Positions 12,745 to 24,300 of a DNA stretch of 64,000 nt are shown piece by piece (the first letter of the stretch is position 1; every line of letters starts with the position of its first letter). A program made the position numbers and the translations under genes. Under the pieces are notes generated by a model. That model saw only the letters and a program-made list of their open reading frames with translations. It ran no database searches and was not told where the DNA came from. The stretch spans positions 16,293-80,292 of the forward strand of contig JAQGDQ010000563.1 of assembly GCA_030141605.1 (NCBI GenBank). The letters are read 5' to 3'. Source of the stretch: Tubiluchus corallicola (Eukaryota > Animalia > Priapulida).

Positions 12745-13785
12745 GACACAATTACACACACATACAGTACTACAAAAAAACCTAAACCAGGTTAACAAGA
12801 ACACACTTACACACATATACAGCGCTACAAAAAACCTATACCACGTTAACAAGAACACACTTACACACATATACAGCGCTATGAAAAACCTATACCACGT
12901 TAACAAGAACACAATTACACACATATACAGCGCTATGAAAAACCTATACCACGTTAACAAGAACACACTTACACACATACACAGCACTACAAAAAACCTA
13001 TATCATGTTATCAAGAACACAATTACACACATATAGAACGCTACAAAAAACCTACACCACGTTATCAAGAACACAATTACACACATATACAGCGCTACAA
13101 AAAACCTATACCACGTTAACAAGAACACAATTACACACATATACAGCGCTACAAAAAACCTATATCATGTTATCAAGAACACAATTACACACACATACAG
13201 CGCTACAAAAAACCTACACCACGTTATCAAGAACACAATTACACACACATACAGCGCTACAAAAAACCTATACCACGTTAACAAGAACACACTTACACAC
13301 ATATACAGCGCTATGAAAAACCTATACCACGTTATCAAGAACACAATTACACACATATACAGCGCTACAAAAAACCTACACCACGTTATCAAGAACACAA
13401 TTACACACATATACAGCGCTACAAAAAACCTATACCACGTTAACAAGAACACAATTACACACATATACAGCGCTACAAAAAACCTATATCACGTTAACAA
13501 GAACACAATTACACACATATACAGCGCTACAAAAAACCTATAGCACGTTAACAAGAACACAATTACACACATATACAGCGCTACAAAAAACCTATATCAT
13601 GTTATCAAGAACACAATTACACACATATAGAACGCTACAAAAAACCTATACCACGTTAACAAGAACACACTTACACACATATACAGCGCTACAAAAAACC
13701 TATAGCACGTTAACAAGAACACAATTACACACATATACAGCGCTATAAAAAACCTATACCATGTTATCAAGAACACAATTACACA
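12745..13785. repeat. 54-bp minisatellite, ~19 copies
   Basis: unit caagaacacaattacacacatatacagcgctacaaaaaacctataccacgttaa. Confidence 0.95.
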
Positions 13786-14077
13786 AGTCAAACTCAACAA
13801 TTTAAACCAAAGACACTACACTTTTAAACCAATAATAATGTTTTTAAATAAATACATAGCAAAGTGATTGGAAAATGTCTAACCCATTTCCCTAAAAGAT
13901 CAGTTGTAATGGTAATCATTTTCGTTATACAGTAAAGCACAGTTTATTAGACTCACAGTTAATAGAATCAGTCACTTAATTGACTCAAAAATGTCTGGTT
14001 CCCAGATCCTATTAATGGGCCGTTCCTATTAATTATTTTATTAATTCACGTATGTAAATTAGTATTCTTAAATAATT

Positions 14078-14441
14078 GTGTTGGCATCCTTCTGTCTCGG
14101 AAGACAATGGAATGTGCGCCAAGAGAGTCAGTTATTGATCACATTGATGGAGCTGCAGTATCGACTGTGGCTGAGCAGTGCGATCCTTGAACGTCTCCAG
14201 GGCGCACGCATGGGCAAGGGGTATGGAGATACTGAGTTGCCCAGACAACAGGAACCCCCTCTCTTCGTCTTTGGTGTAGTCCAAAGGAAAGCGGAGCGAT
14301 ACGTTTGGCACCAGGTTGGCTGCAGGAGCTGCCGGAGTCAGTGAGCATGCTGCACTGGTCGGGGCTCCACTCCTGATTTAGAAGGTTTACTCCTCTACAC
14401 ATGGCCGTTGGGTCACATGACCTCTAGTCGTTGGCTGCAAA
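14078..14441 (-). mobile_element. RTE-derived bipartite non-autonomous retroelement (SINE-like)
   Basis: 11-bp TSD CTTAAATAATT (14067-14077 and 14442-14452); minus strand reads RSRIALLSHSRYCS then CCATTGTCTTCCGAGACAGAAGGATGCCAAC, recalled as an RTE 3' end; GC-rich 5' part. Confidence 0.72.
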
Positions 14442-14687
14442 CTTAAATAATTACTTATAGGAATTTTGACATTAATTTGTTTCTAAAATTCATTTAAAAG
14501 CCTTTGCAATGCATAGTAAGGTGATGACTCATACTGGTACAGTAGTAATATACTAAACCCTTCGGCTAATCGATTCAGTCGGTTAACTGGGTCAAAATAT
14601 TTCCATCCCAAAGTGAGTCTATTAAGTGGTGCCTACTGTAGTGTTACTATCTAAGCATTCTAAGCATTACCCCCCCCCCCCCCCAGT

Positions 14688-15380
14688 ATGCACCAGTTCA
14701 GTTTTGGATCTATTACTGTAGCTACTAGCGTAATTCGTTCGTGCGAAACGGAGACGTATCTTGGCCACATAATTTCTAGAGATAATAAGAATGACATAGA
14801 CATTATTAGGCGAAGAAATATTTACTATGTTAGAGCAAACAGTATCTTGAGAAAATTTTATCATTGTACAAATAGCGTTAAAACTTGTTTGTTCAATTCG
14901 TAATTCATTCTATGGTATGGCAATGTGGCGGCATTTTTATAACTACAGTTTAACTAAACTTAAAGTAGTTCATAACATCTCTAAACGGAAACTTTTCACT
15001 TATTCATACGATGAGAATGCTAGAATATTTTCAGTAAATCATAATGTTACAAACTTTGATGTTATACACAGGAAAATGGCTTACAGTTTGTACATGAGAG
15101 TATTGTGTAGTACAAATTTATTAATTAAAGCTTTAACTGAAAGTGGCTTACACTTCTGACATTAGAAGACAGTGGAGGATCTTGTTATATTGTAATTATA
15201 GTTAGGCACTTTCTGGTGCTAAGCATCACTGGATAATTTATCTTTATCTTTTGTGTATGTAGTATGTAATGTTGTAGATATCGTATAATTGTGGTGCATG
15301 TATTTTTTATGTTTGTTTTTTATTTTGTGAGTGTAAATATGAATTTTGATTCAAAATAAAGCGTTAAATGAAATAAAATA
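14688..15380 (+). mobile_element. 5'-truncated non-LTR retrotransposon (RT C-terminus plus 3' UTR)
   Basis: YLGHIIS..NDIDI.RR...Y.RAN.ILRKF..C...VK..LF; broken frame; AATAAA and A-rich tail. Confidence 0.8.
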
Positions 15381-15833
15381 TAAAAGATGTTTAGTTACAT
15401 GGTTTTGCCTAACGTGACATGGATCTATGAGAATGAATAGAATGAAAGGTTTTATTGTTATTGTGAATTTGAAGTTGAAGCTAGGACAGTTATTCTCACT
15501 GGTGCTGTAAGTGAACTTTTATGCTTGAAGTAAAATGCTCTTCAGTATAAACAATCTGGTTATTGCTTAACGTATGTGAGCACAATTCTGTCTTCCATTC
15601 ATTTTAGGAAGACTCAGAACTCAGCAGGGATGAAAAAACCTTGTCAAGAATTTGGAAGAATTTTTGCTAAAGCTTTTGTTTTTAAAAGCGAATATTTAAA
15701 ACGATTTAACCGAGATAGCTTGAGCTTGACCAGCATTCAGGTAGTAGCCATTGGTGTGAGACAAGACCATCAACCTGTTATTGTTTTGTTGATCTTTACT
15801 ATGGTTCTATTTAAAATCATTTACATTATATCA

Positions 15834-15857
15834 TGTGTGTGTGTGTGCGTGTGTGTG

Positions 15858-15894
<37 letters not shown>

Positions 15895-16810
15895 TGTATG
15901 TGTGTTGTGTGTGTGTGTAGTGTGTGTGTGTGTGTAGTGTGTGTGTGTGCGTGTGTGTGTGTGTGTGTGTGTAGTGTGTGTGTGTGTGTGTGTGTTGTGT
16001 GTGTGTGTAGTGTGTGTGTGTTGTGTGTGTGTGTGTTGTGTGTGTGTGTTGTGTGTGTGTAGTGTGTGTGTGTTCTGTGTGTGTGTGTAGTGTGTGTGTG
16101 TTGTGTGTGTGTGTAGTGTGTGTGTGTGTGTGTGTTCTGTGTGTGTGTGTTCTGTGTGTGTGTAGTGTGTGTGTGTGTAGTGTGTGTGTGTGTTCTGTGT
16201 GTGTGTGTAGTGTGTGTGTGTTGTGTGTGTGTGTGTTGTGTGTGTGTGTTGTGTGTGTGTAGTGTGTGTGTGTTCTGTGTGTGTGTGTAGTGTGTGTGTG
16301 TTGTGTGTGTGTGTAGTGTGTGTGTGTGTGTGTGTTCTGTGTGTGTGTGTTCTGTGTGTGTGTAGTGTGTGTGTGTGTAGTGTGTGTGTGTGTTCTGTGT
16401 GTGTGTGTAGTGTGTGTGTGTTGTGTGTGTGTGTGTTGTGTGTGTGTGTTGTGTGTGTGTAGTGTGTGTGTGTTCTGTGTGTGTGTGTAGTGTGTGTGTG
16501 TTGTGTGTGTGTGTAGTGTGTGTGTGTGTGTGTGTTCTGTGTGTGTGTGTTCTGTGTGTGTGTAGTGTGTGTGTGTGTAGTGTGTGTGTGTGTTCTGTGT
16601 GTGTGTGTAGTGTGTGTGTGTTGTGTGTGTGTGTGTTGTGTGTGTGTGTTGTGTGTGTGTAGTGTGTGTGTGTTCTGTGTGTGTGTGTAGTGTGTGTGTG
16701 TTGTGTGTGTGTGTAGTGTGTGTGTGTGTGTGTGTAGTGTGTGTGTGTAGTGTGTGTGTATGTGAGTGTGTGTGTGTGTGTGTGTGCGCGCGAGCGAGTG
16801 AGTGTGTGAG
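15834..16810. repeat. Interrupted (TG)n tract with 200-bp higher-order periodicity
   Basis: TG runs broken by TA/TT/TTC; matching ORFs start at 16014, 16214, 16414 and 16614. Confidence 0.93.
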
Positions 16811-16954
16811 TGTATGTATAGCAATAATATACTAAACCCTTCGGCTAATTGATTCAGTCGGTTAATTGGGTCAAAATACTTCCATCCCAAAGTGAGTCTA
16901 TTAAGTGGTGCCTACTGTAGTATTAAAGAAGTTTAATTACACAGGTTTGCCTAC

Positions 16955-17079
16955 CGTGACATGGGTCTATGAGAATGACCTTGTGTGTCCAGTCCCAGCA
17001 AATGTAAGAAGAAAACAACTTTATCCTGGCTTATCTTCTCAGCTAATTCTTCATCTTTTTTAGCTTTCTCAAAAAATTC
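16955..17079 (-). CDS. PIGN: PIGN exon (EFFEKAK...VVFFLHLLGLDTQGHSHRPMS)
   Basis: FFLHLLGxDTxGH motif; ctcag/gtagg; 125 nt. Confidence 0.96.
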
Positions 17080-17189
17080 CTGAGCACAAAAATAGTCAAA
17101 ATGTCGCATTAATTTAAATGAATCTATTATAACAAAATAGTCAGAAAATACCAGCAGTTAAAAGTTCACCGAAATTCCACATACAGTAA

Positions 17190-17696
17190 ACCTTTTCACA
17201 GTTCCCACGATTGATGATGATCGTGAAGAGGTCAAAGGTTAAGTGTACCAGACAACACATTAGTGTACACTTGACAAAGCCTCACAGCCTATGCTGTTGT
17301 AATAGTAAGTTTTGACAGCCAACTAGAACCTTACCTAGTTCATCCCAAGCAACATCCTGCTAGTAAATCACTCTACGCACAGACTAGTGCATAATTATGT
17401 AAAGTCCACAAAAAACAACTGAAGTTACTAAACTGATGTGGCAGACTGCTTTGCTTTACCCACACATCATGTGACAGTTGAAGTTGAGATGCGTTGCTGT
17501 GGTACACTTAACCTTACTAAACTGATGTAGCAGACTGCTTTGCTTTACGCACACATCATGTGACGGTTAAAGTTAAGATGCGTTGCTGTGATACACTTAA
17601 CCTTACTAAACTGATGTGGCAGACTACATTGCTTTACCCACACGTCATGTGACGGTTAAAGTTAAGACGCATTGCTGTGATACCCTTAAGCTTTGA
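17190..17696 (+). mobile_element. Harbinger-like MITE copy C with an internal 90-bp triplication
   Basis: same left end as copy A; ttactaaactgatgt... occurs three times. Confidence 0.75.
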
Positions 17697-17706
17697 ATAC
17701 ACTCAC

Positions 17707-17813
17707 TTTGACTTTGTCAAAAACCCAGACGTCTAACTTTGATGCGTCTTCGGAGGCAAAATCCTCAAATTCAGCTTCGTACATGTGAGTGAAGATGTGG
17801 GATCCACTCGCTC
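17707..17813 (-). CDS. PIGN: PIGN exon ([36 protein letters not shown])
   Basis: EDF...KLDxWVFD motif; ctacag/gtgag; 107 nt. Confidence 0.96.
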
Positions 17814-17879
17814 CTGTAGATTACAACATGAGATAATAATTATAATTAATTATGACTGTGATTTGTCAGAAGTTTTTTA

Positions 17880-18012
17880 TGAACCATTACGGTTTATTTT
17901 ACCAATTATTACCTACTGCGGGTAATGAGTTGGAGAATTAGACAGTGAAAAATTGTTGACCAGTCAGGATTTGAACCAGTGACCTGGGATTAGTACTTCC
18001 ATGCTCTATGAC
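17880..18012 (-). mobile_element. tRNA-derived SINE fragment
   Basis: minus strand TAGAGCATGG...CAGGTCACTGGTTCAAATCCTG (B box); cut off at the Kolobok-like TTAA. Confidence 0.5.
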
Positions 18013-18689
18013 TTAAAGGATAAGAAAAGAGGTTCCTGAAGTTGGTTTCAGAAAAATCGCCTTAAAAAATTATAATACTTTATAACAATTTTATGTGTAT
18101 ATCGTACTCGCACTGAAAGGAATTTTTTGTTTTCATTTTAAATCTCCCGCAATACTGTTCCGAAGTCGCCATTACATGACGCCATGCACCAAACGTAAAT
18201 CAGGGGAAGAAAAGGCAATGTTAAATTATGTCTCAAAAGACTTTCCGTGCAAATCTATATTGCTTAAATTTTCGCTTACCTGCTAGAAAGACTTATGTAA
18301 CTAGAAAAGAAAATTATTAATTATTCAAAATGTTTTCGCCAATTGGTAAAATGTCGCTGACTCACCCTACAGGGTGCACTACTTACTAAGCGAAAAACGT
18401 ATTTTTAATCTTATTGACAAGATACAGTTATATTAAATTTTATTCAGTTGGTGACTTGTGCTCTGATTATTTTTTCAAACTTTACAAAATGTTACCTAAA
18501 CTTGTTTCAAATGACCTGTCGTGAAAATGGCTGCATCTAACGGTCATCGTAGGAGTTTAAATTTACATGTTTTAGACAACGTTACTGCTGACTGAAGTCC
18601 TGCATGTAAAAAGGCAGTATGTAAGTGATATAATATATCAAAACAAATTTTTCAAGCTTTATGTTTATGAAGGGTTTTCTTGTGCTTTA
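18013..18689. mobile_element. Non-autonomous TTAA-inserting DNA transposon (Kolobok-like)
   Basis: ttaaAGGATAAGAA...TTCTTGTGCTtta termini; homologous to 31605-32205. Confidence 0.65.
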
Positions 18690-19444
18690 GGTTACCAGCC
18701 CAGCATGACAGAGCAGACCTAAGATTTCCTCCTTCTAGCTCAGACTCCAACATCGCCACCTGTACCTGTAACAGTCTGGAATAGGTCTTATAAGACCTAT
18801 GACGTTTCTGCTACTGTATGAGCACAGACATAACTAAATGATTACAAATTAGGTATTGTTCTATTCAGCAGGATCTCGGCTGTCCAATCGTGCTGTTTGT
18901 TTAAACATTTATAAGTGATTTAACTCCAAGAAAATGTGCCTTATTCAGGCACTCCAACTTAGCCTATCGAGTAGCTTAGTCTGGTGTACACTTGCGTGAT
19001 CGTACACACAATTTTATTGATTACCTGCTTGCTACAACTCAAGAGAAGTGTCTGGTGTACAGAGTTCCAGGAAAAACCAACCAATCAGCCAAAGAGAAAT
19101 TAAGGTAATTTCATCTTTTAATAGGATTTCCTTCTTAAAAATAGAGTAGACTTGAGGCCAAAGTTTATCAGAGTGTTGTGTCTGGATAGTTGAAATTTTC
19201 TACATTAGCTGATTTCACACAACACAAGTGATACTGTACATTGTTACAGTGCAAACACTGCAGTTACTGAAAGTTTTCAATTTTCCGGTCAAAAATCGAA
19301 TTTTAATTTATTTAGGTAAGCAAATGTATTTCATATATAATTATGCACGAAAGTCCATTGTGTGGGGAATAGAAACCTACAATAATTGTCACATATAACC
19401 TAATCGCTGCTTAGTGAGAGCAGTTTTTTACGAAACCATTCAAA

Positions 19445-19893
19445 ATGCAACAAACGCTTACGGTCCTGAAGAAGTTAAGTGTGGGATGTTACTGTATTTA
19501 TTTTTTTACTAACACACAGCAAACACTTACAGTCCTGAAGAAGTTAAGTTTGGGATGTTACTGTATTTATTTTTTTACTAACACACAGCAAACACTTATG
19601 GTCCTGAAGAAGTTAAGTTTGGGATGTTACTGTATTTATTTTTTTTACTAACATACAGCAAACACTTACAGTCCTGAAGAAGTTAAGTTTGGGATTTTAC
19701 TGTATTTATTTTTTTACTAACACACAGCAAACACTTATGGTCCTGAAGAAGTTAAGTTTGGGATGTTACTGTATTTATTTTTTTACTAACACACAGCAAA
19801 CACTTACAGTCCTGAAGAAGTTAAGTTTGGGATGTTACTGTATTTATTTTTTTACTAACACACAGCAAACACTTACAGTCCTGAAGAAGTTAA
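19445..19893. repeat. 69-bp tandem repeat, ~6.5 copies
   Basis: cagcaaacactta...gtcctgaagaagttaag recurs at 19517, 19586 and onward. Confidence 0.95.
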
Positions 19894-19944
19894 AGCATTA
19901 CTGTGAACTGAAATAGAGTTCAGAAACTTGTTCAGCATGCTTAC

Positions 19945-20043
19945 CTTTTGCAAACATTGGCAAGATGTCTGGGCTGCCCCAACACCAAGTGTAACGACTT
20001 TCATTAAACAATGAGTCGAATTCAACAGGGTTTTCTTTCCAGC
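19945..20043 (-). CDS. PIGN: PIGN exon ([33 protein letters not shown])
   Basis: near-identical to the human PIGN segment; aacag/gtaag; 99 nt. Confidence 0.97.
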
Positions 20044-21178
20044 CTGTTACAAGATAAAAACTGTATCAATATAAAATAAGCTTAGAATTATCCATATTTG
20101 GAAGAACAAATGTAACTACGTCAAAATAGAGTTCATTGCCGACAGACTTCGAACAAACTGTTCATTATCAAGGCATCTAAGAGATAGAAATTTACCAAAA
20201 TTTAGAAACAACATTGAAATGCAATTCAGTAGTTAATAACTAAGACAGATAGTATAGAACTGACAGTTTTGTTACAACTGACATATTTGTTAGTTTGTGG
20301 AGTGTTAAATAGTTTCGTACCAATCAAGATATGTAATTTGTTAAATTATCTATCTAATATTATATCATATATCTTTTGGCTATTAACTACTGAATTGTAT
20401 TTCGATGTTGTTTCTAAATTCTGGAAAATTTCTTTCTTTTGGAAGCTCTTGATAATGAACAGTTTTGTTTGAAGCCGGTCAGCAATAAATTCCATTTTGA
20501 TGTAAAATAAGTTTAGTATAATATCAGGTGATTATAAAATATTATTGCTACGTTGTTATGGAACAAGTTATAAACCCCAATATCGTAACACGAGAAACGG
20601 AAAACTAGAATTTGTTTGGCACATGAGATAATGCCAGCGCTGCCTCCTGTCCTTGACAGATCAGATACGTTTGTCTTTCTTGGTCACTACACGACTTCGC
20701 AGTCTTCTTAAAGGAAAAACCGGACCCAATCTTATAAACTTGTAGCTCAAAACGTCTATCCGACAAAACCTGCTCATTTTTCAAGAAAGACTTATGCGAA
20801 CGAACCGCAGAAACGTAACCTCGCATTCGGTGCATCTAGTTCTTCGCTGTTACATGCACTTCATCATTCGCGGTTAGACGTGCAGTAGCAGCTGCATGCC
20901 GGAAACACATTGCACAAAAAGCAGGTGCCGTACCTCTGAGTTCAAATATATTCAATTGAGATCACAGAGGTGAAGCAGAATTTTGGACTTTTAAACTTAA
21001 AATTTGAGGACTTTTCGTATATCACGCTGCATGTTGAACTACATTTTCATTTAGCATATCACAACATCAGAAAGAATATAATATACGAACTATGAACCAA
21101 TGTAGCTAGACAAATAACGATAAACCACGAGGAGTTTATGCTTACAAACAATTACCTTTAGTTACTGAAGCCACATAC

Positions 21179-21300
21179 CTTTAGTTACCGAAGCCACATC
21201 CTCATAGAAGCCAGCAATAACTGCAACATTACCTGGTCTAGATTCAGTAGGAACACGTGTGTGAGAAACACCCCAGGATCCAACTTCGTCAATGATATGC
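21179..21300 (-). CDS. PIGN: PIGN exon ([40 protein letters not shown]); 5'-most exon found
   Basis: [12 protein letters not shown] catalytic motif; ttacag/gtatgt; 122 nt; starts in phase 2. Confidence 0.96.
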
Positions 21301-24300
21301 CTGTAAGAAACACAGTGATGATATGAGGCACACAATTATATGCCTGTAAGAAACACAGTGATGATGAGATGATATGAGGCACACAATGATATGCCTGTAA
21401 GAAACAAAGTGATGATATGAGGCACACAATGATATGCCCGTAAGAAACACAATGATGATATGAGACACACAATGATACGCCTGTAAGAAACACAATGATG
21501 ATATGAGACACACAATGATATGCCTGTAAGAAACACAGTGATGATATGAGGCACACAATGATACGCCTGTAAGAAACAGAGTGATGATATGAGACACACA
21601 ATGATATGCCTGTAAGAAACACAGTGATGATATGAGGCACACAATGATACGCCTGTAAGAAACACAATGATGATATGAGACACACAATGATACGCCTGTA
21701 AGAAACACAATGATGATATGAGACACACAATGATACGCCTGTAAGAAACACAATGATGATATGAGACACACAATGATATGCCTGTAAGAAACACAATGAT
21801 GATATGAGGCACACAATGATACGCCTGTAAGAAACACAGTGATGATGATATGATATGAGGCACACAATGATACGCCTGTAAGAAACACAATGATGATATG
21901 AGGCACACAATGATACGCCTGTAAGAAACACAATGATGATATGAGGCACACAATGATATGCCTGTAAGAAACACAATGATGATATGAGACACACAATGAT
22001 ATGCCTGTAAGAAACACAGTGATGATATGAGGCACACAATGATACGCCTGTAAGAAACACAGTGATGATATGAGGCACACAATGATATGCCTGTAAGAAA
22101 CACAGTGATGATATGAGGCACACAATGATATGCCTGTAAGAAACACAGTGATGATATGAGGCACACAATGATATGCCTGTAAGAAACACAATGATGATGA
22201 TATGATATGAGGCACACAATGATACCCCTGTAAGAAACACAATGATGATGAGATGATATGAGGCACACAATGATATGCCTGTAAGAAACACAGTGATGAT
22301 ATGAGGCACACAATGATACGCCTGTAAGAAACACAATGATGATATGAGACACACAATGATACGCCTGTAAGAAACACAATGATGATATGAGACACACAAT
22401 GATACGCCTGTAAGAAACACAATGATGATATGAGACACACAATGATACGCCTGTAAGAAACACAATGATGATATGAGACACACAATGATATGCCTGTAAG
22501 AAACACAATGATGATATGAGACACACAATGATATGCCTGTAAGAAACACAATGATGATATGAGACACACAATGATACGTCTGTAAGAAACAGAGTGATGA
22601 TGATATGATATGAGGCACACAATGATACGCCTGTAAGAAACAAATGAACACACAATGATACGCCTGTAAGAAACACATGATGATATGAGACACACAATGA
22701 TAGCCTGTAAGAAACACAATGATGATATGAGACACACAATGATATGCCTGTAAGAAACACAGTGATGATATGAGGCACACAATGATACGCCTGTAAGAAA
22801 CAGAGTGATGATGATATGATATGAGGCACACAATGATACGCCTGTAAGAAACACAATGATGATATGAGACACACAATGATATGCCTGTAAGAAACACAGA
22901 TGATGATATGAGGCACACAATGATACGCCTGTAAGAAACACAATGATGATATGAGACACACAATGATACGCCTGTAAGAAACACAATGATGATATGAGAC
23001 ACACAATGATATGCCTGTAAGAAACACAGTGATGATATGAGGCACACAATGATACGCCTGTAAGAAACAGAGTGATGATGATATGATATGAGGCACACAA
23101 TGATACGCCTGTAAGAAACACAATGATGATATGAGACACACAATGATATGCCTGTAAGAAACACAGTGATGATATGAGGCACACAATGATACGCCTGTAA
23201 GAAACACAATGATGATATGAGACACACAATGATATGCCTGTAAGAAACACAGTGATGATATGAGGCACACAATGATATGCCTGTAAGAAACACAGTGATG
23301 ATATGAGGCAAATGTGTGCCTGTAATAAACACAGTGATGATGAGATGATATGAGGCACACAATGATACGCCTGTAAGAAACACAATGATGATATGAGACA
23401 CACAATGATACGTCTGTAATAAACACAGTGATGATGAGATGATATGAGGCACACAATGATATGCCTGTAAGAAACACAATGATGATATGAGACACACAAT
23501 GATACGTCTGTAAGAAACAGAGTGATGATGATATGATATGAGGCACACAATGATACGCCTGTAATAAACACAGTGATGATGAGATGATATGAGGCACACA
23601 ATGATACGCCTGTAAGAAACACAATGGTGATATGAGACACACAATGATACGCCTGTAAGAAACACAATGATGATGAGATGCTATGAGGCACACAATGATA
23701 TGCCTGTAAGAAACAGAGTGATGATGATATGATATGAGGCACACGATGATATGCCTGTAAGAAACACAATGATGATATGAGGCACACAATGATACGCCTG
23801 TAAGAAACACAGTGATGATGAGATGATATGAGGCACACAATGATACGCCTGTAAGAAACACAATTATGATATGAGACACACAATGATACGCCTGTAAGAA
23901 ACACTATGATGATGAGATGATATGAGGCACACAATGATATGCCTGTAAGAAACACAGTGATGATGAGATGATATGAGGCACACAATGATATGCCTGTAAG
24001 AAACACAGTGATGATGAGATGATATGAGGCACACAATGATACGCTTGTAAAAAACACAATGATGATATGAGGCACACAATGATATGCCCGTAAGAAACAC
24101 AGTGAAGATATGAGGCACACAATGATATGCCTGTAAAAAACACAATGATGATATGAGACACACAATGATACGTCTGTAATAAATACAGTGATGATGAGAT
24201 GATATGAGGCACACAATGATATGCCTGTAAGAAACACAATGATGATATGAGACACACAATGATACGTCTGTAAGAAACAGAGTGATGATGATATGATATG

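Noticed and set aside
15826-16890. 354-aa His/Thr ORF and Cys/Val ORFs (also 40403-40721)
   Set aside because: (CA/TG)n microsatellite artefacts.
20554-21066. Possible solo LTR (TGTTATG...CACAACA)
   Set aside because: No TSD and no second copy in the window.
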